DNA of 54,612 nt, filler included, from Sphacelaria rigidula (lineage: Eukaryota): assembly GCA_964200075.2 (NCBI GenBank). It is 5 parts of 5 records of this genome, joined end to end, with 100 filler letters (N's around TTAATTAATTAA, not from the genome) between each part and the next. Parts side by side here need not be neighbours in the genome. Positions count along the whole stretch, not along the records: positions 10,944 to 21,786 come from CAXNAA020005816.1; positions 21,887 to 32,729 come from CAXNAA020005817.1; 3 more parts are not named here. One strand, 5' to 3'. Positions 11,318 through 23,772 of this stretch are shown in pieces; position 1 is the stretch's first letter, and every line of letters begins with the position of its first letter. Below the pieces are notes generated by a model, which made no database searches, was not told where the DNA came from, and saw only the letters and a program-made list of their open reading frames with translations. The position numbers and the translations under genes were made by a program.

Positions 11318-13354
11318 CTAAAGTGCTCGAGAGCACGACTTCAGCCAGCAAGATTCTTCAAGGGGGGTATGACAGGATTGGGCAACCTCTGCTGTACTTT
11401 TGACACGTTCTGGACAGTTGGAAAACAGCTTACCGTGGTCAATCCCGGTAGTGTTCCAGTAGGCAATGTCTGTGTTGTGTGTTGTCGCCTCATCTATTCT
11501 GGACGCCAGTTTACACCTTTTGATATAAGCGGGAGCATTAGCCGGGGTCACACAGGAGGAAGGCCAACACAGGTGCTTTTTTTCTCCTTATTATTTTACT
11601 ATCTTCTTTCTGCAGTGCTTGTCCTATCTTTTTATCGTGAGAGGGGTTCAGCGGTCCCTCCGTGAAGTCGGATCATGTATACCCACGACATATTTGCTGC
11701 CCACTGGTGGGCATGACGTGGGAAAGAATCCCAGATCGTATGTCTTCAACGAGATTCAAAGCCTCGTAATGTAGGTGATGATAACTTGAGTGAAAGCAAC
11801 TTGCACCATCCGAAACGCCATTATCTTCGGTTTATTCCCTCAATATTCGACCCATCTCACCTGCACCCGCTTGCTCAACTGCTAATCCTATTACACCGCA
11901 GGGTTGCTGGGTTATTTTCTTCTCGAATTTCCTGGCCTTGATGATCAAGGTAGGAATAGCCGACGCTAACTCGAGAACCAGCATGCTATTCTCGGTGATG
12001 CTGATTTTGGTCAATGTCCTCTTGTTCCTGTCCATTTGGTGCAACACTTGGGCCTCCATCGGGGCCCTGCTCAGCTCCAGACATGTCGAGGTATGCAGAT
12101 GGCACAACAGTGGGAGGGGAGGCGGGGCGGGTATCCATTCAGCAGTTGGGTTATACAACAGGATTCATCGTGACTTACCCCGTGTCAGACAACGAAGGAG
12201 TGGGAATAACCAAAGTAATGTAGAACTCGCATCGCTCACTTGAAAGCGGTTGTGGTGGCCTTGATGATAATTTTGTCTTCATGTTGGTATTCATCGTATT
12301 CACGTTCTGAGACTCACAGCCCCGGCTGGTATAATTGCTGCTCTACGATGGAAGCGAATAGTTGGCGCAATAGCAACGTGTGGCTCGAGTGAAGGATGAA
12401 GCGATAGTTTATTATGTGCAAGAGCGGTATGAACAATACAGCCATCGTGAATCATACTCTTCTCTGCCCAGACATTACATCGTTCGCACCTTCCCGCAAA
12501 TATGGAGAGACAGCTCAAGCCAAAAACAAAAATTGTCGCCATTCCTTAACAGTAGAATGAGATACAGTGTGCAGATGGTATCTTGTCGTACTGTAACCAT
12601 AATTACACAGCATGGACAACACAATATATTCCCAATATATATTATATCATATTGGAATATTGCGATATATGGCCGGCGTAATATATTGATGTCGTTGGAT
12701 TGCAAACATATTGCCCGCGCGATATATATTGATACCGTGGGACTGCAAACGTATTGACTGGTCAATATATGTCGGGGCAGTGTGAGCGAAGATGTATTGC
12801 ACGACCAATATATATATTAGGGTCACATTGATGAGAACATATTGACCGGTCCATAGGGCCGGGTGGGTGCCAATATGTTGGCCCGTCAATATATATTGGG
12901 GGCGTATGAGTGCGAATATATTGCCCGGTCAGGATATCAATACAAGTATCTATATCGGGGTAGTGTGTGTTACAACATATCACCCACCCAGTATACATTG
13001 GGTGGGCGCATCGATGCCGAGTATATACTCCACCGAACCATATTATTCAAATGCAATAATCTGCTGCGTCCTGAAAGTCATGCTGTCTAGCGAATATCTC
13101 AATCAGTGTTATTCAGGAAATATTTTGATGTTTTCTGGGCGTGCAGGATGGTTATACGAGTGCCATGTCGAATAAAATTCCGAAAAAACAGTAGGTGAGA
13201 GTGTTTCGTCGTCTCTTCGGGATATTTTGGAGTATTATTTTGAGTGGAGGTGATCCGATTCATTTCTTACCTGACACTTTGGCCGTGAGGTTACGCTAGC
13301 TGATGAATCGCATGAGCCTGGAGGTTGAGATATCTCTCCTGTTTGCGAACTAGT
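11318..13354 (-). CDS. Possible 3' exons of an unrecognised gene
   Basis: Minus-strand chain 13354-13271 (donor GTAAGA), 12342-12179 (GTAAGT), 12066-11861 (GTGAGA), about 11391-11318 (stop TAG) is phase-consistent and stop-free (...GAPMEAQVLHQMDRNKRTLTKISITENSMLVLELASAIP...). No family recognised. Confidence 0.3.
11471..11763 (-). mobile_element. SINE copy, 5'-truncated near the B box
   Basis: Reverse complement of tail and body (GTGTTGTCGCCTCATCTATTCTGGACGCC...GAGAGGGGTTCAGC). Confidence 0.75.
12661..12940. repeat. Degenerate minisatellite, about 42-bp units with palindromic core ATATTGACCGGTCAATAT, about 7 units
   Basis: Core variants at about 12665, 12707, 12750, 12792, 12837, 12872 and 12915. 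Confidence 0.65.
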
Positions 13355-13532
13355 CTGCTCTCAGGATTTGCACTATTTTGTGGCTGTTAGCTAAAAAAAT
13401 AGTGAATGGCTGGCAGCTACCCGCGGAAAAACATACATCTGTTGCCCTCAGCTGTCCACGCGAAAACATGTACCTGTGGCTCTCTGTCCTCTACGGGACA
13501 CTCATGAACCCCCCTCCTTCCACCGCATCACT

Positions 13533-13781
13533 ATTTTTTTATCGAGAGAGGGGTTCAGCAGCCCCTTTCCCTCGTCGACATTGAATTTGAATTCAGTGTA
13601 CCTACCACCTTTCCCTCGTCGACCGTGAAGTTGAATTTGGTGTACCTGCAACGTAATCCCTCTCCACTGTTGGGCATTGTGTGAGAAAAACCCAAAATCG
13701 TGTGACTACACGGAGATCCGAACCGATATCCCAACCGTCAGGAGGTTCCGAGGTTACAAACTGAGCCACCGGGGCGACCGG
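13533..13781 (-). mobile_element. SINE 5' half with an internal duplication of about 42 bp
   Basis: AAACTGAGCCACCGGGGCGACCGG is the reverse complement of the tRNA-like head. CCTTTCCCTCGTCGAC occurs twice (about 13564 and 13607). Confidence 0.75.
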
Positions 13782-14487
13782 TCAACGAGTGTGATGTACA
13801 TATTGGCCAGAAAATAAGGTGGCTGAAGAGACGACCCGGTTTATTTGCCTTCGGATACCTATGTGGCAACGGGTGTGGTATCGCTTATCCCCGTCACAAT
13901 ATGTGCCGCGTGATAACATTGCGCAGTTGTTGTAACTTATCACCCATTATTGTTCTATAACAAGACTCGGCTTAGAGAACCAACAGAGATGCCAGCGCAT
14001 TTTGGGGCGGCGAGCAGCCCCATTCGACCAGTCGTATGGTACCCTGTTCGCCTCCCTTTCCTTCCCTCATCCGGTGAACGACTCAAGTGCCTTGTTTCGA
14101 AACACAAATCGTTGCGAGGGACCGCAGGAACGTGGAGTGAAAACACGAGGCGGGGCACCACGTCTCACCCAGATTAATCCAACCAGCCCGGCTACATACG
14201 AAAGTATTCGTTTCTGGACGATCCCTTCTACAGTGTCACTGCCAACGTGAAGTAAGAACCAAAACTTGCTGAGCCCTTTTTTTTTCGCGTCTTATACCAT
14301 CACGGTATCATGACCATGACAACATGGGGAAAATTCCCACTCATACCATGACAGTACATATCCGAATGATTTTGCTTCTATTCCTTGACAAACAAGCATA
14401 CAGCCGACTCTGTTTGCAGCGGTTCAGAATGAACGAAATGTAGGCCAGAAAGCAATTGTTTTACGTGCTAGATCTGTCTCGATTCCG

Positions 14488-14711
14488 CCACTATTTACAT
14501 TCTCGGTTACAGATTATGTTCGAGACAATGCTCTCCACTTTCCTGCTTTGCTCCTCTCCCTCTACACTGTATAGGAAGCCTTGCTAGGCTTCGAGCTGTC
14601 CACTATTTACATTCTCGGTTACAGATTATGTTCGAGACAATGCTCTCCACTTTCCTGCTTTGCTCCTCTCCCTCTACACTGTATAGGAAGCCTTGCTAGG
14701 CTTCGAGCTGT
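14488..14711. repeat. Perfect tandem duplication, 2 x 112 bp
   Basis: 14488-14599 is identical to 14600-14711. Confidence 0.92.
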
Positions 14712-15328
14712 ATCGACGACGGGTCAGCAGTGCTCGGAGAGGAGCGGACAAGGGAGAGGAGAAATATGCAGACTCATCTGAGAATGAAGAAGGAGTCGCT
14801 CCGGCATTGGAGACGGCATGTTCAGCGACGACATTGGTGTAGCGGGTCGAAATGTTTTTTAGGGGGCGTCCTGTGAATCAGTGCACCCGGGTGAAGTGCC
14901 TTGCTCGCCACCCCATGCGACTCTAATTTTCCTGACCAGATCCTGTTCATTATGCGGAGAAAGAAAGGCGCCGGGAAAGAAAAGGTGATTCAGTGCTCCA
15001 GATTCAGGGATATTTCAGCAATTGGGTTCAGACGTTGAATGTTGCCGAAATATTTGGCTCGTTGTGTTCGACGTCGCCACGGAGATACGAAAACATGCAA
15101 ACATACGGTCAGGTAACAGTGTCAAAGATATGTACCGTGAGAGAACTTCCCATTCGACGCGATTCTACACGGCTCGTAGGGCTTGCAGAGGCTAAAAAAC
15201 GCTCGGGGCATACAACAGGAGAGTCCGGAAAATGGAAACAAACTGCTTTTGGATAGTGTTCGAACTTGTGGGGAACGGTACCCCTCGAAGGCATCTTCGG
15301 GGGAACTGGAGGGTCAAAAGACTCTTTC

Positions 15329-15470
15329 GGGGGTGTACTCATGATCTCGCATGCCATAGTTATTTGACTATTTATTGATCTAGCATCTCTACAAAGCCGG
15401 GACGGAGCACGCCGGGTTTTCGTGGGACTGGGCTCGCAGTCAATGACCAAGCGCGAAGCGGCAATAACCG
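15329..15470 (+). repeat. Terminal fragment of the same unclassified repeat
   Basis: GTACTCATGATCTCGCATGCC...CAAAGCCGGGACGGAGCAC...GCGCGAAGCG. Confidence 0.7.
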
Positions 15471-16549
15471 CAAGCAGAAATGCCGTATACGCCGAACGCA
15501 AGCAAGCCACACCCTTGTGGGGTGTGGGCAAGCGGTCCTGTTTTCGACTTGCTAACCCAAACTGTTGTTTCACTCTCTTAATACAATAGCCCAGCTGTCA
15601 AAGGAGAAACCACACAACCCCAAAGCCAGCAAACAAGTAACAATTGTGAATGAGGGTAGAAATACGGCACTGCTAAGACTTACGTCAGAGCTGTGGACTC
15701 GCGACACTGAAGACAGGAGATCGGTGGGTAGATGATGAGTAAAAGCTCTTCTTTATATCCAACGAGGCCTGATGACTGTAGTCGGGGTTTTCAAGTGCGA
15801 CAGGTGGGTAGAACAGCTGTCTATACGTCCGTCTGCCCCGCTTACAATCTCATGATACAGAATCACCGTGACGCGTCGTACCTTTAGGTAATCAAGGCTG
15901 TAGTAGCAGCAGGTACACGCGGCTGATCGGGTACAATTCATCCACCTTCAACCCGCTGCGTCATCAATACAAGGATCGAAATCCTGTTTCATACAAACAC
16001 ACATTCGACTATAATCTTTGCATACCCGCTGGTCATTTCTTGGAACCATCTGCATATCCGGAAGAACAAGTTTAAATTCAGGCATTCAGTCATTTACCAT
16101 CACATCAGCCCACCCTGGATCGTTCAAGTGCAGGTCGCTTTTCAGAAGGGACGAACTTGCATCGAGCCACACCTCTCCCACACAACAGAAAATTGAGACT
16201 CCATTTGAAGATCGAGTCCTCTTGGGTACGGGGCACGGGAAGGGGCGATCAACACAAAAAACTCAGTAACCTACCAACACAAGCTCAAAGCAAAGAGAAA
16301 AAAAAAATCGAATCGATACAATGATTCGGTGTCCTCATGTTTCGTGAGTTCTTCAGACGGGGTCATGGGAAAAAAAAAAAAACCTCAAAACAACAATCAA
16401 ACCATATACCATAAAATGCAGTGTCTACAGAATATCGTAAGCATTTCCGGGATAGACAGGAAATCAGAGACCGATCATTGAAACAATTATCTTACCCTGC
16501 CATAACTAAACCATGAATAAATAGTTCGCTCTTTTCCGGATGTCCGATG

Positions 16550-18110
16550 TGTTATAGGTCATTGGTAGAAAAACAAGCAAGCCCGCCAAGGCATTATATC
16601 ACTTCGATAACCAAGTTCATGCTAATCACTCGCCCCAGTGAATCAGCAAAAGCAAGCAACGTACAGCCGAGTTCGTCGGGGAAATGGTAGTTTCCCGCGA
16701 AAACCATTCGTTGATAAATATAAAAAAATAGAATGAATGATACGGGAAAATCAACCCGTTTGACGTGAGTTAATTGTCGGCACACGTTTGTGAGAACAAC
16801 GACTTGCTTGGTGCTTTGGACGTCTGGTTGATGATCCAGTCGTCCAGTTTTTGTTTTTCCTCACACGACGATACGAAAACAACTGACCGGTTTGTGAGGT
16901 CAGGTGTCCGTACACGTCAAAAGAAACGTGGTGGACAATACACAACCTTCGGGCCTACTACGTGGTTCCGAGGTGGATCACCTAACACATTTCTGAACCA
17001 CGACAAATACACAGGACAGAGAGGACCAACGCAGCCCACCCCTCACAGTATTTGCCCGTTCGGACTAAAACGAGACTGGCCCAACCACAAACTGGAGTAA
17101 AACCCACAGCCGGTCGTAGCGTCACGTTACTTCGTCCAATAACCCCTGATAAAAACAAAAAACCACCGACCAATTTCAGGGGCGGGTAATTGTACGCCAA
17201 AACTGATAAAAGTGACAGAAAGAAATAACGAGTGGCGGGGTCTGAGCCTGTAGGCTATACCAACGGTCGAATGTCGACATGGTGGAACGGACAGTTCCGG
17301 AAGAGCGATCTACCTCATCATGAAACGTGATGGTCCTGTATGAGGAGACGTTTGCAACCGATCTTACCGTGACTTCAATAACAATTCTTCAACACCACTA
17401 GGTACGATGCGGCCAGTGGTGGCCTCGTTGTAACTAATCAATCACCGAAGTATAAATCATCGCGTCGCATTATCCGTGACCCTCCTATAAACGGGGTCGG
17501 TCACATGCGGCAGGACTCGCAAAAAAAAGTAGGCCAAGTGTTCTACACTCGAGGGTCAGGAACGTTGGAACACTCGTGGCGAAATTCCCGACATAGACGC
17601 AAAAATCAAAACCAAGAAAAATAAAAAACCAGAGGCACGCTGGGCAACAGCGAAAACGAAAATCCGCAACTGAGGCAGAAAAACAACAACACGTGGCAAC
17701 CGTCCTTGTAAACGGGAGCAGTTATCGTGTATTAAGCAAGCAGGGTCAAAAGTTTCAGCCAAGGTCAAAACATTTCAGGCAACCCATGTCAATACAAAAC
17801 TAAACGTGGTACGCACACAAAAAGGGGGCACGTCATTGCCGAATCCTGCAGGTGGAAGCGGTATGCGTGTACGGAGCGGTTGGGCAAGAGCGCAATTATT
17901 CCAGACGGGGAGGTCAGGTATATGCAGCGCTCGCTCCTAAAACTCAACCGAAAAGGCAACATAAAGAAAAATACCGACAACATATGACAAAAAAAGGCAC
18001 GTCATGACCGAAACACAAAATCAAGGCCAAATCAACAAAAAACAAAACACAACACAAAAAAAATACAAAAACAAGAACGAAAGACCATATACCAAATACA
18101 AAACATAACA
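16550..18110 (-). repeat. Candidate 3' LTR (about 1561 bp), preceded by a PPT-like GAAGTGGGTGA at about 18111-18121
   Basis: The minus strand reads ...gaagtgggtga|TGTTATG at 18110, 130 bp after the pol stop. Terminal inverted TGTTAT (16550-55) / ATAACA (18105-10). The 5' LTR is absent, so the boundary cannot be confirmed. Confidence 0.55.
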
Positions 18111-18242
18111 TCACCCACTTCAAGCACGAGGGGAAGGGGGGGGGGGAACACATGATATTCCAACGACGCTACAATGCAAGACAAGCGACTCGAACGCGGT
18201 ACACTACGCAAGGTGAATGGGGAAGCAGACTCGGATGCGGCA

Positions 18243-21200
18243 TCATGAGTCATCTGCATCCCAAGAGGGGCCCGTGTTCCGTAGAACGGCTGTTTCGAGT
18301 TCGCCATGGTCGTGTCGTTGGAGGCACCAGGATCCCCTCCGAGCAGTCGGCTCCTCGGCGTAGTACGCATCATCCAAGCGAATCTTAAGGGGGCTCGGGT
18401 CATCAAGGAAACGGATAAAGTAGGAGTGGTCAGATGCAGGATCGACCAAATGAATTTTACCCAACCACCACAGTGAATCCAAAGCCTTATACCAAAAATA
18501 CGCCCATTTCGGCAATCGTTTTCCGTGAGAACACTGCATGTATTGTGAACGCGAAATAAGGCTATATCCTGTCACAACAAACCGCGCTGAGTGTTCACGT
18601 GCCAGTTCTCGAGCGGCAGCTCCCTTGCGCATTGACCGATATCTCTTATTCAACGGGCGGTGTTGAACGGTATCTCCTACCCAGTACAGCAATATTTCCC
18701 GACGAAAATGACGAAAATCAACTTCACGCTCCCATGTAACACGCATGATACCCTTCCAATGTGTCTGATACATTACCGCCATCTTACCTCCACGACCACG
18801 AACCAGGTGATGACCCGAAATCCTATCTACCTCAACGCATTCCAGGGGTGCGTCCGCATCCTCGACCGTCATATGGTACGGCGGAGTCTTGATTGCATAC
18901 TTGGTCAACACATACTGGCTAAGTCCTACCGGCAGTTTTTTGGGCATGTCAGAGGAGGCATGAGGGGGAATAAACGGTTTGCATCGTAGCATCGAGATGC
19001 GATTTTTCGGTTTCAAGCCAGGTTCATCCGTGGGAAAATCTAAATAAAAAAGTTTCGCTCCCACCGGACTTTTGTCGGGTGCGGTAGCGCTCGGACCAAC
19101 AGCTAAAATTTCCCAAGGACCAGTCCAATTCAAGGATAGTTTCGCCTTTAACACTTCATCCAAAGATGATGATTTCGAGCTAGCCCCTTGATTGATGGTC
19201 TTCACATCGTTATACACCCATGCCCATTGGCCTACCTTCCACACCGGGCGGTTATGCACCACATAATCCACCATTGAGTTCGCCCTGGCCACCTTGTCCA
19301 AATTGATTTGGTTCTGTTCTCGTACCACTTCATATGCAAGACGAAGACGATTGCTAACCGACAAATGATACTCTGCAGCGTCACGATCGAGACTCTGATG
19401 TCCACCTGTATTTTTGCGTTCGAATACCGTTAAAGGTAACCGAGGCATGCGTCCAATATGACTTCCATTCGGCGACAATCCCGTAGCGGCATTGACTGAA
19501 TTGTTGTAGTTCATCTGGACAAGGGGCAGGTGCAGATCCCATTCCATCTGTATCTCATTCGCTACAGCAGCAAGCATCTGTGCCATCGTATGGTTCACTC
19601 GTTCCGTTCCACCAGTGGTGGAAGGGTGATATGAACCAGTAAAAATGCGATGGGCACCAAAAAGGTCACTGACGGCGGCAGAAAGTTTGCCTGAAAAATG
19701 CGGGCCGTTGTCAGATAATAAGCGTTTGGGCACACCCAACAGTGGGATGTACATGTAGACGAGAATGTTGGCGGTACCTTCCGCGGTATAACTACTGGGG
19801 GGGACGGCGTGCATCACCGCATGTCGACTAGATCTATCCGTAAACAACAAAATATACTTATTCCCACTATCCGTCAGGGGCAAAGGACCAAAATAGTCCT
19901 ACGAGACTACTTCACCAGGCCCGTTTGGGAGTGGCATGGAAACAATCGGCCAACGAACTGTTTGACGAGAAGTTTTTCGCGCCTGACACAAAAGACAACG
20001 CCTCACCCACCAACGACAACATTGATCCATACAAAATCCACCAATAAAAACGCTCCAACATCTGGGAGGTCCTAATGGCGCCTAAATGAGTCGATGCCTG
20101 TGAATGGCATTCGTGGAGGAACCATGGGCGCAGTAGCATCGGGACATAGATGCGGACGGGTTCATCACCTAGCAAGCGGGCATGTCGACTTGTAGGCTTC
20201 CCCCTGGGAAGGGCTGCTGTGGGCCGGCGAACCAACAGAACTATACCATCATCATCCGTGTGTAGCATACCTTTCCTTGAAAGTTCAGTAACTTTATCCT
20301 GGGCGGGCGCTTTGAGATTCCCGACTGGCAAAAGGAACTCAGTTTCTGAGAATGGGCATGGGCAACCTTTCGATAGATAATGGATAGCCGATTTACAAGC
20401 AGGTTCTGCCTGTTGTTCCCGGGCCCGATCGGCGTGGGAGAAGAGAGTCGAACGTTCCTTGAATACACCATCTGTTAAAGCGTATACTTCGTGTTGGGTC
20501 GGTTCGGGGCGGGGTTGGCACGAAGCGGTGATCTCGGAATCAAGGGTGAGCCTACCAGTTGGTGTACTCTCAGACGGAACGTTCACGTCTACTCCTGAAT
20601 CGATTAGCGTGGAGGGTGTTGTGGTGGTGTTTGCAATATCATCACCACTGGAGGGGGGCACAGCCGTGGTTTCGGTTATGGTTGGCAGGGGCGGCACGGT
20701 CGGGATCGATTTCCTGGGGGCCTTGCGTCGCGGAGGCTGTGGGAGCGCAAGGAAACTATCGGGGACCGGGGTGGGGGCAAGGAGGGGAAGGTCAGGACCA
20801 GATACGGCTAATTTGTCAGCAGAGGACGGTTCTACACCTGCTGCGAAAACCATGCGCTGGCCAGTTGCACAAAAATGATCATAGCCAACAGTATTTGTAG
20901 ACAGTCCATTCCAAACTAAGTACAAAGATTGAGGTTGCAAGCTGCCTAGGACTGATGCGTGGGCTGTGGTCGTCAGCCCACCCATGCCTAAAGCTGGCGT
21001 TTCTCTCAGTGAAAGTGGTGTGTAGAGACCTCTATGTCCATTCCTGCTTATGAAATATACAATGTCTTCGGTGGGATCGGTGATACGTCCCATGGCGGAT
21101 TCATCGATAGGATGAGCTGGTGTTGGCAAGCGTGACAGAAGGTCGGTGTTTGCATTCTGGGGACCTGTGCGGTACTTCAGTTGTAAGTTGTAAGACGAGA

Positions 21201-21786
21201 GGATTTCGAACCAGCGTTGGATCCTAGCATTGCGTTCCGCCATTTTGGCAAAGCTTTCCAAAGACTTGTGATCGGTATAAATCACAAACGGGATCATACA
21301 AATACTGACGCAGACGTCGCACGCCCCAAACAACTGCGCCGGCCTCTTGTTCCATGACAGACCAATTCTGTTCATTCGGAAAAGTGGTGCGACTCAGATG
21401 GACAATGGGGCGAACAGTAGCATCGACTTGCTCTTGTTCTAATGTGCAGCCAAACCCAATTTTGGAAGAATCTGTGTGGAACCGGAAAGGGCGGGACCCT
21501 GCTCCACGGCCGACCAGTCGGGGAAGAGGAGAATCGGCGGGCACGAAAGGGTGTCGAAGAGGCGGCGGACGGTTGTTGCCATTTCCAATGTGAACAAATT
21601 GCACCCCTTTTTTGAGGAGGGTGGTGAGGGGTTTTAGCTTTTGGGCAAGGTTTGGCAAGTACTGTCTGTAGTAGCTTAGACCTCCCAACAAGGAACGCAG
21701 TTGAGAAATGTCCCGTGGCATGGGCATATCGGAGAGTGCGGCGACCTTGTCGAGGTTTGGGCTACGACCTTCGGGGGTGATGCAAT
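18243..21786 (-). pseudogene. pol: Disrupted pol polyprotein (RT thumb/connection, RNase H, integrase, chromodomain, extra C-terminal domain)
   Basis: RT end: QLRSLLGGLSYYRQYLPNL. RNase H: FHTDSSKIGFGCTLEQ...NWSVMEQEAGAVVWGVRRLRQYL and YTDHKSL...RIQRW...ANTDLLSR. Integrase HHCC: ECH..THLG..RCLLC. D,D(35)E core: DYFGP, SDNG, TERVN. GPY/F-like LNWTGPWEI. Frameshifts near 21590, 21500, 21295 and 20035, and a TAG just before DYFG (about 19900). Confidence 0.9.
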
Positions 21787-21886
21787 NNNNNNNNNNNNNN
21801 NNNNNNNNNNNNNNNNNNNNNNNNNNNNNNTTAATTAATTAANNNNNNNNNNNNNNNNNNNNNNNNNNNNNNNNNNNNNNNNNNNN
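21787..21886. other. Artificial contig spacer
   Basis: N44-TTAATTAATTAA-N44. Confidence 0.98.
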
Positions 21887-22737
21887 GGGGGGCTGGGGGG
21901 GCGTGGGGGGGGCGGGGGCGGTGGGGTCTGCGATCTCCCGCCGCCTTGCTGTACCATTTCGACCGCCGAGGCGCACCGACTGTGTCTGCACTATACCTAC
22001 CCATTAGTCAACACCACACGATACACTCTAGCTTGTGCATATTGAGTGTCCCAGCGGCGCTTCCCTGAAAGCTAGGCACGAGCTGATTTCCTCGCACACG
22101 AATCCGCGACTGGGCTGACTGGCGCACCGGGCTCCACGGCCGCGCGATAATATGATGTGGACGTACGTCACATCTTTTTGCTCGGTTCTTCTGGCAGCGT
22201 TCAAGGTCGATCTGTGCTCCATTTCGAAGCCTGGTGCAAGGTCGATCTGTGATGCGTCTAGATCTTGGTGCAGTATATTACTGTGTTACTGATGCTACTT
22301 TCAGTTTGATTTCTTCACGAACTATCGCGAAACGCCCCCCCTCCGCCCATCGACACAGTACAGTGGTTGCAGCCAACCAAGTACCAGAGAAGCCAACACC
22401 CCATGAGGAATATAGGGCATACAGTTCAAGCGGGGACAACAATTTGATGAGGAGATTTTAGAGGGTCCGACCCTCACACTGCCGTAAGCAAAGCTTATGA
22501 AAGCTCGAAGCGCCTACCGCACATGACTGCCACCAGGCAGTCTAGCCGAGCCTTTCGGGTTACTGGGTCAGGTTTCATCCTTTCTTGAAAGACAAGGAAT
22601 GACAAAAACAAGAGCAAACAACCAGCACCTGGCGGTTTTAACGATCATGGGCGTGTCATGTCGAAGATACCGTTAGCGATGGTATATCTCATCGGTACAC
22701 CGTGTATGCCCCCTTCTCGCGTCCCCCGACGCCCGAC

Positions 22738-23772
22738 GGGGTTGGCGTCGGTTTGCGATGACGCTGTTCAGCACGCCCCTCACTGCGTAAGCTAGGCAAC
22801 CAAGTTACCGAGTTGTTTTGCGCGCTTGCGTTTTTATTGCGGTAACCATGATGGTAGTCGAGTTAGGTCATGTTGTGCGGCGTGGGAGAACCTCAACCCC
22901 GCACAATGGGGATGGTCGTACTACGTAGTGTTACAATGGTGAGACACCCATGAGGCAGTGTGTAAGCCAGGACTGTCTCTGGAAGTGGCGATACCAGACA
23001 ATAAAGCAACTTATTGTAGGCTATCATCATCCAAATGCAAGATAATCAGTAGGCTTCGGGCCGAACAATCTTAGCAGGATGCAGCTCGCCCTACATGCGA
23101 CTCGCCGAATACACCACGACGCTTCGCGCTTGGTGGTTTGAGTGCGAGCGTTGTNNNNNNNNNNTCCGTCCCGGCTTTGTAGGGATGCGAGGTCAATGGT
23201 CTGATGACTATGGCATGCATGATCACGAGTGCACCCCCCTTGTCCACCCACCCCCCTTCCCCCTTCAAGGGTTGAGGTCAGTTGGCACGCTGTTAAACAC
23301 ACCAACCGCTGCGTAAGCTAGACAACCAGATTACCGGGGGGAGTTTCGCTTGCATATTTCAAGCGGTAACCATAATGAGGATCGCGCTAGATCATATTCT
23401 GCGGGGCGGAGAACCCGAACTCCGCGCAAAGGGGATGATCGTACCACGTGGTGTTTACATGGTAAGACACTCATGAGGCAGTGGGCAAGTGTGTAGCCCT
23501 TGACTGTCTCTGGACGTGGCGATACCAGAAAATAAAGGAATTCATTGTAGGCTGTCACCCACACGCAAGACACGCTTCGGATCAAAAAAATCTTCGCAGG
23601 ATGCAGCTCACCCTCCATGCGACTCGCTGAACACATCACCGCGCTTCGCGCTCGGTGATTGCGAGCCTGGTCTGGCGAAAACCTGATGTGCTCCGTCCCG
23701 GCTTTGTAGGGATGCGAGGTCAACGGTCTCATGATTACCGCATGCAGATCATGAGTGGTGCCCCCCCCCCTC
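22738..23772 (-). repeat. Two diverged head-to-tail copies (about 500-530 bp) of an unclassified interspersed repeat
   Basis: Collinear blocks CTGCGTAAGCTAG, GCGGTAACCAT, GACTGTCTCTGGA, GCAGGATGCAGCTC and TCCGTCCCGGCTTTGTAGGGATGCGAGGTCAA occur in both 22738-23260 and 23268-23772. Confidence 0.8.

Larger units (their letters stand above)
16550..21786 (-). mobile_element. Ty3/Gypsy chromodomain-bearing LTR retrotransposon, 3' half, inactivated; cut by the contig end
   Basis: Domain order RT-RNase H-integrase on the minus strand, followed by a PPT-like tract and a candidate LTR. Confidence 0.92.

Noticed and set aside
12661-12940. CRISPR array
   Set aside because: Repeats are degenerate, spacers are short and related to each other, there are no cas genes, and the context is eukaryotic.
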